Assembly (NCBI GenBank): GCA_029936395.1
Contig: JAPYSW010000002.1
Coordinates: 3,950 to 67,949, forward strand
Source of the DNA: Candidatus Poseidoniia archaeon
Lineage (GTDB): Archaea; Thermoplasmatota; Poseidoniia; MGIII; CG-Epi1
DNA length: 64,000 bases
Direction: 5' to 3'
How positions within the stretch are numbered: position 1 is the first letter of the stretch; each line of letters opens with the position of its first letter. Positions 49,294 through 59,876 of this stretch are shown piece by piece. The notes under the pieces are model-generated. The model was not told where the DNA came from and searched no databases. It saw only the letters and a program-made list of their open reading frames with translations. The translations under genes and the position numbers were made by a program.

Positions 49294-49374
49294 TAACAGT
49301 TAAAGGGGTAGTTTTAGATAACTTTCTGTAATAAAATAATAATAAGCCCATTAGGCTAAGTATTACAGATTCCT

Positions 49375-50505
49375 ATGGAAATGTTAGTAATTTACATCAT
49401 AATTAGTTTGCTTATCGGGTTTACTTTAGGTTATTTCATTGCTAATAATAATTCACAGAAATTACTAGATTTACATGAAAAAACCTCAACTCGAGATAAA
49501 GAGTTTGAAAATGCTTTCAAAGCAATAGCATCAGATATAACTAAATCAAATACGGATGAATTTATTAAGCAAGCAAATGATAAATTTCAAACATTGAGTA
49601 AGGAATCAGATACAAATCTTGAAAATAAGAAAAAGCTAATAGATCAAAACTTAGAAGAGATGTCTAAGAAATTAGCCTCTATTGAAAAAGAGTCGACTAA
49701 ATTAAATGCTAATTTAGAGGATTCAAAAATGGAGACTCAAAATTTAAGAGACACTACTACAAAATTAAGAGAAATTCTGTCCTCATCACAGAAAAGAGGT
49801 CAATGGGGTGAAAGAATGGTTGAAGATATTCTTAATTTCATTGGATTAATAGAGGGTGTTAATTATACAAAACAAGATACAGTAGAGTCAGGTGAAAGAC
49901 CAGATTTTACTTTCAAACTTCCTAAAGAAAAGGTTATCAATATGGATGTAAAATTTCCACTCTCACATTATGAAAATTATATTGAAACCGATGATGAATT
50001 CGTTATGAAAAATGAAAAAAAAGAATTCTTAAAATCTGTTCGTAATCATATCAAGGCTATTTCTAATAGAAATTATATTGATACCTCATCCGGTACTCTA
50101 GATTATGTATTGATGTTTATTCCGAATGAATCTATTTATTCATTTATTAATCAAGAAGATAGTTCAATTATAGATTATGCACTAACTAATAAAGTTCTAA
50201 TTTGCTCACCATTGACGCTTTATGCAATTTTATCTCTTATCAATCAAGCAACTAGGAATTTTGCGGTGGAAGAGAAAGCTTTAGATGTAATGAAGCTATT
50301 AAGTAAGTTCAAAGAACAATGGGAGAAATATTCGGGAACTATTGATAAAATGGGTCGCAGTATTGAAACGGTGCAGAAGGATTATTTGCAATTAGTCACC
50401 ACACGTAAAAATCAACTTGAAAAGCCTTTAAATGAAATTGAAAGTTTAACGGGACAATTAGAAAATACGTCTATTGATAAGTTAGATGGCCAACAAAAGT
50501 TTTAA
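49375..50505 (+). CDS. RmuC-family DNA recombination protein
   Basis: N-terminal TM, coiled coil, C-terminal 'DYVLMFIPNESIY' nuclease-like core. Confidence 0.5.
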   Translation: MEMLVIYIIISLLIGFTLGYFIANNNSQKLLDLHEKTSTRDKEFENAFKAIASDITKSNTDEFIKQANDKFQTLSKESDTNLENKKKLIDQNLEEMSKKLASIEKESTKLNANLEDSKMETQNLRDTTTKLREILSSSQKRGQWGERMVEDILNFIGLIEGVNYTKQDTVESGERPDFTFKLPKEKVINMDVKFPLSHYENYIETDDEFVMKNEKKEFLKSVRNHIKAISNRNYIDTSSGTLDYVLMFIPNESIYSFINQEDSSIIDYALTNKVLICSPLTLYAILSLINQATRNFAVEEKALDVMKLLSKFKEQWEKYSGTIDKMGRSIETVQKDYLQLVTTRKNQLEKPLNEIESLTGQLENTSIDKLDGQQKF

Positions 50506-51914
50506 AGTTCTTTCATTGAAGAAATTAACTCAGTCATCATCTTTTTTCCATCGCCAAAGAGCATCATAGTGTTATCTTCATAGAATAAATCATTATCAAC
50601 GCCAGCATAACCAACAGACAATGATCTCTTTACCATTACAACAACCCTAGCTTTATCGACATTTATGATGGGCATTCCGGCTAAAGGTCCTTTATCACTT
50701 CTAGCTGCGGGATTTACGGTATCATTTGCTCCAACAACTAAGGCCACATCACATTCCCCGATTTCCGAATTAATATCATCCATTTCAATTAGTTTTTCAT
50801 ATGGTACATTTGCTTCAGCCAATAATACATTCATATGCCCTGGCATTCTTCCAGCTACTGGATGAATTCCATATTTGACTTCACATCCATTTGCTTCTAA
50901 AATATCTGCAAATTCACGGACTTGGTGTTGACATTGAGATACGGCCATTCCATATCCTGGAACAATTACACATTTCGAGATTCCATCACAAATCATGGCT
51001 ACTTCATCCGGATCAGATCCTATTTTTGTTCTTGTTACTTGTTGCTTATCGGAACCACCAAAGGATTTGAATAATACATCAATGAGTTGTCGATTCATTG
51101 CTTTACACATAATATTTGTTAGAATAAGCCCTGCAGCTCCAACCATAGAACCCGCGATTATCAAAACGTTGTTTCCAATAATAAATCCAGTAAATGCAGC
51201 TGCAATTCCTGATAAGGAGTTCAATAAGCTAACTACAACAGGCATGTCTGCCCCTCCAATTGGAAGCACAAAGAGAATTCCAAGAATACAGGACAGTACG
51301 ATAATCCCTATCACGTAATCTTGATTTCCAGGCTCTTCTATACTCATGTAGATTAACCCAACAATTCCAATCAAAAATAGTCCTTTGACATAGTTCAGCC
51401 ATACAGGTCCCCAAGTAGGCGTTCGGTACCATTTTCCAAAGATTTCAACTCCACCTTTCAATTTCATCATTGCAAGTAAACTTCCAGTTAGAGTCATCCA
51501 ACCAACTAATGTAGAAAGGCCGATTGCAATCCAAGCAACATATAAATCTAAATTTTCAGGGAGATCATTTTGGTTTATTCTTCTAAAAACTTCAGAGGCA
51601 GCAACAAGTGCACTTGCAGCCCCTCCGAATCCATTAAACAATGCAACCATTTCTGGTATTCCGGTCATTTGCACACGGGCCGCCATAACATAACCAATTA
51701 GTCCACCTATGGCTAGTCCAGCTCCAATCAGTATAAAATTATCAATTACTTTAAATTCCATTTGGGCAATAGTGACGATTATAGCGACTAACATCCCCAT
51801 TGCACCATATAAATTACCAGTTGGTGCAGTACGAGGATGACCTAATTTTTTCAATCCTAATATGAATAGGATTGAGGCAATTAAATATCCAATATCCCAG
51901 ATTGCTTTATCCAT
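50502..51914 (-). CDS. pntB: NAD(P) transhydrogenase subunit beta
   Basis: Membrane domain plus NADP(H)-binding dIII. Confidence 0.9.
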   Translation of the reverse strand: MDKAIWDIGYLIASILFILGLKKLGHPRTAPTGNLYGAMGMLVAIIVTIAQMEFKVIDNFILIGAGLAIGGLIGYVMAARVQMTGIPEMVALFNGFGGAASALVAASEVFRRINQNDLPENLDLYVAWIAIGLSTLVGWMTLTGSLLAMMKLKGGVEIFGKWYRTPTWGPVWLNYVKGLFLIGIVGLIYMSIEEPGNQDYVIGIIVLSCILGILFVLPIGGADMPVVVSLLNSLSGIAAAFTGFIIGNNVLIIAGSMVGAAGLILTNIMCKAMNRQLIDVLFKSFGGSDKQQVTRTKIGSDPDEVAMICDGISKCVIVPGYGMAVSQCQHQVREFADILEANGCEVKYGIHPVAGRMPGHMNVLLAEANVPYEKLIEMDDINSEIGECDVALVVGANDTVNPAARSDKGPLAGMPIINVDKARVVVMVKRSLSVGYAGVDNDLFYEDNTMMLFGDGKKMMTELISSMKEL

Positions 51915-52231
51915 TACTTTCTACCCCTTTTACCAGCAATCATATTCAGCATTCTGTTAGTTACAGCAAAGCCCCCAACAACATTGATAGTTGCCAAAAC
52001 TAATGCCGCAAAAGCCAACCAAGCAGCAAATCCAGGATTTGTATATGGCGTATCTTGTAATAAAATCAAAGCACCCACAACAGTAATTCCTGAAATTGCA
52101 TTAGCTCCAGACATTAATGGCGTGTGTAGCGTCGGTGGAACTTTTGTAATAAGTTCAAATCCTAAAAAAATAGCTAGCACAAATACCGTAATTAATACAA
52201 TAAGTATGCTACCTCCCGTGATGGGCTCCAT
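51914..52231 (-). CDS. pntAB: NAD(P) transhydrogenase alpha subunit, part 2 (membrane)
   Basis: 105 aa, 3 TM, 'AISGITVVGA'. Confidence 0.75.
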   Translation of the reverse strand: MEPITGGSILIVLITVFVLAIFLGFELITKVPPTLHTPLMSGANAISGITVVGALILLQDTPYTNPGFAAWLAFAALVLATINVVGGFAVTNRMLNMIAGKRGRK

Positions 52232-53415
52232 TACTTCATTGCCTCCATTAGTTTGGTATGATTTTTATGAATGTTCCCACCTTCAGCAATTAGAATTCCA
52301 CCATATCCTGCTGAAATACCGCCATCATCTCCTGTCAAAACTTGTTCTTCTTGGTTTATGACTAGATTTCCTTCTTTAACTAATACAGTTACAAAGCTAG
52401 TGACATTATTTGAGTAGAGCATTGAAGCAGTATTTGGAATCGTTCTACAAAGTATAGGTATTCCTATGATTTTAACACCATCTTTCTCCACAATCTCACC
52501 TTCTTTGCTGCCAATAATATTCCCGCCAGTATCAGAGTTCATATCTACGATTACAGATCCTTCTTTCATTTCTTTAGTCATTTTTTCGTTCATCTTGTTA
52601 CCAAAAAATAATTTGGGAGCATCTGCGCCAAATAATCTTGCAGTGGTTATTACGACATCTGCATCTTTTACGGCATTCATCAAAGCATTATCAAAAGCTT
52701 CCTGAAGTCCTTTATCTGTAAACAAGGACGCATGTCCACTTGAACTTTCAGCGTCTTTCCATCCAGGTACATCAATGAATTTTGCACCTAAACTTTCAGT
52801 ATCTTGTTTGGCTGCTAATCTAACATCAATAGCTTGAACTATTGCACCTAATCTTTTAGCTGTAGCAATTGCTTGTAGTCCAGCTACAGCAGCTCCCTGA
52901 ATTATAAATTTTGCAGGTCTAACAGTTCCTGCAGAAGTCATCATCATTGGGACCATCTTTGCAATATGCTGTGAACCCATCAAGGCTGCTCTGTATCCAG
53001 ATAGATTATCTTGACTTGAATTAACATCCATAGACTGCCCCTTGGATAGTCTTCTAGGAATTACTTCTAAGGAAAGTAAAGTTATTTCGGATTCTATAAT
53101 CTCCTTTATCTGTTTTAAATTTCGGAAAGGGTCGGCCATGCATGCTAACATTTGCCCTTTTTTCATCATTTCTAAATTAGGTATATTAATAGATGCAATT
53201 AATTCAGCAGACATTACTTCGTTTAAATTTCCAATTTGTGCACCCTTATCAGTATATTCTGAATCAGAATATTTTGATAATTCCCCCGCACCTTCTTGAA
53301 TAATAACCTCAAATCCTATTTTTTGTAATTTAGGAATAGAAACAGGTACAATTGCTACACGTGTTTCATTCTCAACAGTTTCTTTTGGGACTCCTATACG
53401 CATTGTTTTCTCCAA
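52231..53415 (-). CDS. pntAA: NAD(P) transhydrogenase alpha subunit, part 1 (dI, AlaDH-like)
   Basis: AlaDH/PNT N- and C-terminal domains. Confidence 0.9.
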   Translation of the reverse strand: MEKTMRIGVPKETVENETRVAIVPVSIPKLQKIGFEVIIQEGAGELSKYSDSEYTDKGAQIGNLNEVMSAELIASINIPNLEMMKKGQMLACMADPFRNLKQIKEIIESEITLLSLEVIPRRLSKGQSMDVNSSQDNLSGYRAALMGSQHIAKMVPMMMTSAGTVRPAKFIIQGAAVAGLQAIATAKRLGAIVQAIDVRLAAKQDTESLGAKFIDVPGWKDAESSSGHASLFTDKGLQEAFDNALMNAVKDADVVITTARLFGADAPKLFFGNKMNEKMTKEMKEGSVIVDMNSDTGGNIIGSKEGEIVEKDGVKIIGIPILCRTIPNTASMLYSNNVTSFVTVLVKEGNLVINQEEQVLTGDDGGISAGYGGILIAEGGNIHKNHTKLMEAMK

Positions 53416-53481
53416 CAGTTTTTTTTATGGTCAAAATGACCTACAATGTAGTTTACAAAGTGTTTGATAAAAGTTTTCCTC

Positions 53482-54660
53482 CTACTTTCCGATTTCACGA
53501 GCTATAACTAATCGCTGTACTTCTTGAGTTCCTTCGTAAATCTGAGTTATTTTTGCATCTCTGAAAAATCGTTCAACAGGGAATTCAGTAGTATATCCAT
53601 ATCCGCCAAGAACTTGAACCGCTTTTTCGGAGACCCACATTGCAGTATCACCCGCATTCAGTTTAGCAAATGACGCTTCTAGTGTGTGCCTTGCTGCACC
53701 ATTTTCATAATGCTGTTGCTTTGCCCATGCAGCTTTGTAAACCTGTAGTCTTGCAGCATCTATTCGCAGAGCCATGTCAGCTAAGTAGTTGCTAATCGTT
53801 TGATGGGCTGCGATTGGTTTTCCAAAAGTTTCACGTTCTTTTGAATATTTGAGTGCAGCTTCGTATGCTCCTTGAGCTATCCCTAAAGCTTGGGCAGCAA
53901 TACCTATTCTTGAATTGTCTAAAGCATTCATTGCAATAGCAAATCCTTTTCCAACTTCTCCTAAAATATTTTCTTTTGGTACTTTACAATTCTCTAGAAT
54001 TAAAGTACAAGTATCACTGGATCGTATCCCTAACTTATCTTCTTTTTTACCTATTTTAAAGCCCTCAAAGTTCTTTTCAATAATAAAACATGTCACTCCA
54101 CCATGTTTTTTAACGCCATAATCGGGATGATTAGTTACTTTAGCAAAGAGAACAAAAATATCTGCCGCAGTTCCATTAGTAACCCACATTTTTTCACCAT
54201 TTAGTACAAAGCAGTCATCTTCTTCCGTAGCTCGGGCAACCATTGCGGCAGCATCTGTGCCAGATCCAGCTTCACTCAATGAATAAGCACCTAAGTGTTC
54301 ACCAGATGCCAATTTAGGTAAATATTTTTGTTTTTGTTCTTCATTTCCATTAAGTGTAATAGTCATTGAACAAAGTCCAACATGAACGGCAACCATTACT
54401 CCTAATGAAGGATCTACTCTAGATAATTCTTCAATAACAATGGCTTCTGAAATATCATCTAATTTCTGACCTCCATATTTTTCAGGAATAGTCATACCAG
54501 CTACACCTAATTCTGCAAACTGTTTAAATTCATCAATAGGAGGGATTTGTTCTTTATCTCTTTTATGGCACGAGGGACCGGCTACGGTTTCAGCAAAATT
54601 TCTAACCATGTCTCTTATCAAGGTCTGGTCATCAGTTTCAGAAAAATCCACTTTAACCAC
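53482..54660 (-). CDS. Acyl-CoA dehydrogenase
   Basis: 'YSLSEAGSGTDAAAM' and 'QVLGGYGYTTEFPVERFFRDAKI' ACAD signatures. Confidence 0.9.
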   Translation of the reverse strand: MVKVDFSETDDQTLIRDMVRNFAETVAGPSCHKRDKEQIPPIDEFKQFAELGVAGMTIPEKYGGQKLDDISEAIVIEELSRVDPSLGVMVAVHVGLCSMTITLNGNEEQKQKYLPKLASGEHLGAYSLSEAGSGTDAAAMVARATEEDDCFVLNGEKMWVTNGTAADIFVLFAKVTNHPDYGVKKHGGVTCFIIEKNFEGFKIGKKEDKLGIRSSDTCTLILENCKVPKENILGEVGKGFAIAMNALDNSRIGIAAQALGIAQGAYEAALKYSKERETFGKPIAAHQTISNYLADMALRIDAARLQVYKAAWAKQQHYENGAARHTLEASFAKLNAGDTAMWVSEKAVQVLGGYGYTTEFPVERFFRDAKITQIYEGTQEVQRLVIAREIGK

Positions 54661-55012
54661 CCATTAATTTGATTATAGCTTCGGCAGGTTCCCCATTGCA
54701 TTCTTCTAAAGCTTCTCTTGCTTTATCCGTTGAAACACCAGCTTGCGCTGCCACTAATTCAATATCTTCATTAGGTATGCTAGGTGTATTTTCTTCTCCA
54801 CTCAATCCTCTTTCTTGTGGTTCCCCAACAATCTGATATGATTGCTGCCCCATCATATTCATAGCACTTACTGAAGGATTATTAAAATATATTTCTTTAT
54901 CTTTAGTTCTTATTATTACTTCAGTAGCATCTATCTCTTCAGTTGAGTTTTGTAATTGCTTTTGTAGTTTCTTCATCATTCGTGGGTTCATGCGCCCCAT
55001 GCCTGGCATCAT
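54653..55012 (-). CDS. nac: Nascent polypeptide-associated complex protein (NAC alpha, archaeal)
   Basis: NAC domain plus a C-terminal UBA-like domain. Confidence 0.8.
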   Translation of the reverse strand: MMPGMGRMNPRMMKKLQKQLQNSTEEIDATEVIIRTKDKEIYFNNPSVSAMNMMGQQSYQIVGEPQERGLSGEENTPSIPNEDIELVAAQAGVSTDKAREALEECNGEPAEAIIKLMGG

Positions 55013-55043
55013 ATCTCTCTTACACCCTCCCCTCTAAAAGAAT

Positions 55044-56066
55044 TTATGTCAAACGGTATCTAAGAATAACTGCAAGATTACCCAATCCGTTTAGCATTTC
55101 TCCACCGTGATGGTGAGAAGATATCTCTACTATTTCAGTTCGATTGTCTTCAGCTAATTTAAGTAATAATCGGCCTTCTTCTGTTCTTGTTTTTTCAGAA
55201 AGGATTAACAATTTTTCAGCCGCCCCATTTTCAAGCGCATTCTTCACATGTACGTTTCCATAGGTTGCTAAATCATTTGCAATTGCATCTTTCAATAATT
55301 CAACAGCATTCATCTCTTCCTGTATTTTAATCTGAGCTACAGCCTTTGGCAGCGTACCTCTGCTGACAGCTTCATTAATTCCAGCCATCCCACCTTGTCC
55401 TGAATTTTCAACAACACATCCTGAAAAAATATCTGGTGCTTCTTTTTTAGCAACAATTACAAAATCATCTTTAAGGAATCCGGGACCTACAACGACCATG
55501 ATAGAATTTTTAATGTGAACATCCACAATTTGTTTTACAGTTCGAATATAGAATTCATTAAGATCTTCACCTCCAGTTACTTTACCACTTCCAGCGCGGT
55601 TGAGTGTTTTTAATTCTCGAAGACCATATGTTCTTAATTCAGCGATAACTATACTGTCACTTTCAATACAAATAGCAAGGGCAGTAACTATTGGTTGGGC
55701 AGCTTCTCGAAGTCTTTTTTTATGGTGAGTTAACCAATTATCTTTTCGGATGTCAAAATCATCACCAGGTTCAAGAATCAAGGTATGGTGAGATCCTTGA
55801 TCTCTTTCACCTACTGCAATAAGACCATGACACCTTAATCTCTGCCCAAATGATTGGTATTCGACTTTATTAACATGAATAGTCAATCTCATTTTTTGTT
55901 TTTTTCCTCGTTCAGAGCGTAACCTGTCAGTTTGACTTGATTCCCTTCTTTCAGTCAAGGCCCTAACAGTGTCATTTTCATCTAATAATAAATTCAAATG
56001 GTAGAGATCATCCTCATGTTCTAATCTTATGTGATAAATATTATTATCACGTTTTTTTACTTTCAA
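55044..56066 (-). CDS. pelA: Pelota (Dom34) mRNA surveillance factor
   Basis: N-terminal 'HEDDLYHLNLLL' and an eRF1-like domain 3. Confidence 0.8.
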   Translation of the reverse strand: MKVKKRDNNIYHIRLEHEDDLYHLNLLLDENDTVRALTERRESSQTDRLRSERGKKQKMRLTIHVNKVEYQSFGQRLRCHGLIAVGERDQGSHHTLILEPGDDFDIRKDNWLTHHKKRLREAAQPIVTALAICIESDSIVIAELRTYGLRELKTLNRAGSGKVTGGEDLNEFYIRTVKQIVDVHIKNSIMVVVGPGFLKDDFVIVAKKEAPDIFSGCVVENSGQGGMAGINEAVSRGTLPKAVAQIKIQEEMNAVELLKDAIANDLATYGNVHVKNALENGAAEKLLILSEKTRTEEGRLLLKLAEDNRTEIVEISSHHHGGEMLNGLGNLAVILRYRLT

Positions 56067-56072
56067 GTAACC

Positions 56073-57017
56073 TCACTTGTATACTACAATATCTAGATTT
56101 TTAGCCAATTCTTTGTAACGATTTCGAATGGTAACTTCTGTAACTCCTACTGTATCTGCAATAGTTTTTTGAGTTTTTCTTTTGTTATATACTACTGATG
56201 CAATATATATTGCGGCAGCAGCAACTCCCGTTGGACCTCTTCCTGAAGTTAATTCAGCTTCAATAGCTTGATTAAGTATATTTATTGCAGCACTTTCTAC
56301 GTTTCCCGGTAAGTCTAATTCTCTACAAAATCTAACAATATAAACAGATGGTGAAGCCGGTTGTAGATTTAATTTTAATTCTCTAGAAATATATCTATAG
56401 GTTCTTCCAACTTCTTTCTTAGATGCTCTTGAAGCTTCAGTGATTTCCGTTAAAGTCCTTGGAACTTCACATCTTCTACATGCTCCATATAGTGCCGCAG
56501 CAGCAACACCTTCGACAGAACGTCCTCTAACAAGGTTATCTTGCACGGCTCTTCTATAAAGCATAGCAGCTTCTTCTCTTACTTGCCTGTGTAATCCTAT
56601 TTTAGATGCTAATCGATTTAATTCATTTAATGCTTGAGCCAAGTTTCGATCTGCTGAAGTTGAGGCTCTCGTTCGGCTTTGCCACTTTCGCATTCGATAA
56701 ACTTGGGATCTATTTCTCGTTGGAACATTATTGCCATATATGTCACGCCCACCCCAACCAATGTCAGTTGAGAGTCCTTTATCATGTACCATGACTGTCA
56801 TTGGAGCTCCACCTCTTGCTCTTCTCTCACTTTGTTCAGAATCAAATGCTCTCCACTCAGGTCCTTGGTCTATGACTTGGCCTTCCACAACTAGTCCACA
56901 ATTACTACAGGTTATCTCTCCACGCTTATAATCTCGAACAATGTGTTCAGACTTACATTCATTACATTCAGTCAACTCTTCTATTTCTATTTCCTTTGAT
57001 TTTTCGGAGTTGTTCAT
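56073..57017 (-). CDS. tfb: Transcription initiation factor IIB
   Basis: N-terminal Zn ribbon CNEC...CSNCG plus two cyclin-fold repeats. Confidence 0.95.
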   Translation of the reverse strand: MNNSEKSKEIEIEELTECNECKSEHIVRDYKRGEITCSNCGLVVEGQVIDQGPEWRAFDSEQSERRARGGAPMTVMVHDKGLSTDIGWGGRDIYGNNVPTRNRSQVYRMRKWQSRTRASTSADRNLAQALNELNRLASKIGLHRQVREEAAMLYRRAVQDNLVRGRSVEGVAAAALYGACRRCEVPRTLTEITEASRASKKEVGRTYRYISRELKLNLQPASPSVYIVRFCRELDLPGNVESAAINILNQAIEAELTSGRGPTGVAAAAIYIASVVYNKRKTQKTIADTVGVTEVTIRNRYKELAKNLDIVVYK

Positions 57018-57149
57018 AGGGCTTTAAAACAATATAATTTAGCCATTATAAGCTTTGGGCCGCAGTCTTTAAATTAACTAAATAAAGAAGAGGTGGAACA
57101 CTAGTTGTTGAGTAAGTTATTTATCAGCCCTACACAGGTCATCTAACAG

Positions 57150-58298
57150 ATGGTTAGAGTAAGGGATCCAATACACGATTACATTGATTTAACATCGTTA
57201 GAAGTTAAATTAGTAGATACTCCGGTCTATCAAAGATTGCGTTGGGTAAAACAATTAGGCCCTACTAATTTGGTTTATCCTGGTGCAAACCATACAAGGC
57301 ATGAACATTCTATGGGTACCTGCCATGTCGTTGGAAAAATGGCCGATACAATCGGTCTAAATTCTTATGATAAACAATTAGTTTCCGTTGCTGGTCTTTT
57401 ACATGATTTAGGTCACACTGCATTTTCACATTTAGGTGATGAAATAGAAGGTGTTGAAGATCATGTCATTAGAACAACAAAAATAATTTTGGATACTGAA
57501 TTATCCGATATAATCTCAAATGAGGGATTCGATCCTGATGAAGTTAATCAAATAATATTGGGGAATCACAGGTTAGGTTCTTTGGTTTCAGGAGATTTAG
57601 ATGGAGATCGTTTAGATTACTTAGTTAGAGATGCTCATTACACTGGAGTGAGTACTGGCGTAGATATGAGTCGTTTAATAGCAACTATGAGTATGTCGGA
57701 TTCTAATTTAGTAATTAAAGAAAAAGGTTTGCCAGCTATAGAGGCACTTCTCACAGCTCGTTCGACAATGTATTCAACAGTATATTTTCATTCATTTGCA
57801 AGAGGTGCTGAATTAATGCTAGCTAGGGCTGCTAATTATGCAATATCATCAGGTAAATTTTCAATCGACGATTTTGTTACCTTTACTGACCATAAATTTC
57901 TTTCGGAATTAAATAACACTGGTGGTTTATCTAGTAAACTGTGTAGTGATTTCGAAAATAGGCGTATAGTAAAGAAAGCAGTTAGTATGACAAAAGAACA
58001 AGTCGAACTATCTGGTTTAGAAAAGTCTAAGAAAGCAGAATATGAGGGATATATCGCTTCGAAATTAGGAATAGATAGTTCAGAAATTTACGTAGATATA
58101 CCTCCATTTTCCGTAATGCCCGGATTGAAAACTAAAATATTAAAAAGTGATGGAGAGATATCATTTGCACACAGCCAATCAAGACTAATTTCAAGTCTCT
58201 ATGAAGCACAATTCGATCATTGGAGAGGTTCAGTTTATGGGCCTTATGAATTAAAAGATGAAATTTCGTCAATATCTAAGGGAGTCCTTGGATTATAA
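57150..58298 (+). CDS. HD-domain phosphohydrolase
   Basis: 'HTRHEHSMG' and 'LLHDLGHTAFSH'. Confidence 0.8.
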   Translation: MVRVRDPIHDYIDLTSLEVKLVDTPVYQRLRWVKQLGPTNLVYPGANHTRHEHSMGTCHVVGKMADTIGLNSYDKQLVSVAGLLHDLGHTAFSHLGDEIEGVEDHVIRTTKIILDTELSDIISNEGFDPDEVNQIILGNHRLGSLVSGDLDGDRLDYLVRDAHYTGVSTGVDMSRLIATMSMSDSNLVIKEKGLPAIEALLTARSTMYSTVYFHSFARGAELMLARAANYAISSGKFSIDDFVTFTDHKFLSELNNTGGLSSKLCSDFENRRIVKKAVSMTKEQVELSGLEKSKKAEYEGYIASKLGIDSSEIYVDIPPFSVMPGLKTKILKSDGEISFAHSQSRLISSLYEAQFDHWRGSVYGPYELKDEISSISKGVLGL

Positions 58299-59876
58299 AT
58301 GTCTAAAACAATAACTAAATTCTTAGAAAGATTCGGTTGGAATATCGAAAACTATCTATGGGATGGCAGTGCACATTTATTTTATGTTCAAGAACCGGAT
58401 AATTTAGAGGCTAAATTTGAAGAATTAAGATTAGCTTTTAAGAAAGTTAATGGTTTAGGGGCAGATAGGGCTTTTCCAATGTTACGAAGGGCCGGGGATG
58501 AGTTAATTCTTGTAGTTATTCCACAACCTTCTTTTGATTATGTTAAAAATAAAATGAATTTATACCTGCTAATAGCTACAATATTCACAACCACTTGGGC
58601 CGGTTCTATGTGGTGGGCTTCATATTCAGATTCAGAATTATTAGGTATGAGTTGGTTTTGGTTTCGACTTTTGATAACTCCGGATGTATTTTTTATGGGT
58701 TTTTTGACTTTTTCATTACCTTTAATGACAATATTGGGAGCTCATGAAATGGGTCATTATTATTATGCTAAGAAAAACAATCTTGATGCCTCTTTACCAT
58801 TTTTTCTCCCAATGCCGCCTATGTTATTTCCTTTTGGAACAATGGGGGCTTTTATCTCAATTAGGGAACCCATACCAAATCGAAAAGCTTTGTTAGAAGT
58901 TGGAGCGAGTGGTCCAATTGCAGGTTTATTGATTGCCATTCCAGTCACAATTCTTGGTTTTTGGTTGACTGAACAAAATGCAGTCTTAGCTCCAGTAGAT
59001 TCAGGAGATTCACTTTATCTCGGTACTTCATTATTTTTTGATTTTTTGTATTCTTTAACTGGTACATTTTATACACCTAGTGGAGATTATCTTTCACATC
59101 CGGTTGTTTTGGCTGGATGGACTGGTTTTTTTGTTACTGCTCTTAATTTAATGCCTGCCGGTCAATTAGATGGAGGTCACATTGCAAGGGCTTTATTAGG
59201 TCCTAAAGCCAATGGACTCTCTTTTGGGGTAATCATACTTTTAGTACTCATGGCTTTTTATGATATTCCTGGCTTTGGTCCTCGCTATTCGGGTTGGGCA
59301 GTATATGCTATTTTGATTTATTTTTTAGGTACTTCACATCCTCCACCTTCTGAAGAACTATCCAATCTTGGAAAATCAAGGTGGGCTATAGGGATTTTAA
59401 CTGCTTTAATTTTGGTAGTAACTTTCACTCCATCACCAATTTACACAGTTGAATCGGAATTTGATTTAAGCATAGAAGCCGATATAAACGAATTTAATCC
59501 TACTTTTGGAGAATCTAATATGACTAATATTACAATAACCAATACTGGCGAATCTGGAGGTTGGGATAATCTTACTATAAGTATTGATCAAATAATAAAT
59601 TATACTATTGTTTTTGAAGTAGAATATATATTCATTAATGATGATGAGATTATGTTAAATTCATCTTCGACAGATTTTGATAATTATGTATGGTGGGATT
59701 CAACAGGTCATAATTTAACCGTAAACCTTACATCCAATTCTTATGTGAATTTAACTTTATCTGTAACTCCAACTGAAGAACCAATTGATGCAGTTAGCTT
59801 CGATTTGATAGCTATAAGTAGGACCGAACAGGTTTATACGAGAACCTTTGATTTAGTTGTAGAGGAAGACTCATAA
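58299..59876 (+). CDS. Site-2 protease family (M50) membrane metalloprotease with a C-terminal extracellular domain
   Basis: 'AHEMGHYYYA' HExxH and 'LDGGHIA' motifs. Confidence 0.8.
   Translation: MSKTITKFLERFGWNIENYLWDGSAHLFYVQEPDNLEAKFEELRLAFKKVNGLGADRAFPMLRRAGDELILVVIPQPSFDYVKNKMNLYLLIATIFTTTWAGSMWWASYSDSELLGMSWFWFRLLITPDVFFMGFLTFSLPLMTILGAHEMGHYYYAKKNNLDASLPFFLPMPPMLFPFGTMGAFISIREPIPNRKALLEVGASGPIAGLLIAIPVTILGFWLTEQNAVLAPVDSGDSLYLGTSLFFDFLYSLTGTFYTPSGDYLSHPVVLAGWTGFFVTALNLMPAGQLDGGHIARALLGPKANGLSFGVIILLVLMAFYDIPGFGPRYSGWAVYAILIYFLGTSHPPPSEELSNLGKSRWAIGILTALILVVTFTPSPIYTVESEFDLSIEADINEFNPTFGESNMTNITITNTGESGGWDNLTISIDQIINYTIVFEVEYIFINDDEIMLNSSSTDFDNYVWWDSTGHNLTVNLTSNSYVNLTLSVTPTEEPIDAVSFDLIAISRTEQVYTRTFDLVVEEDS

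Noticed and set aside
58299-59876. 'WWDSTG' in the C-terminal domain of the M50 protease, resembling the STT3 WWD motif
   Set aside because: The surrounding sequence has the HExxH and LDGG site-2 protease motifs and no GT-C architecture. The resemblance is coincidental.
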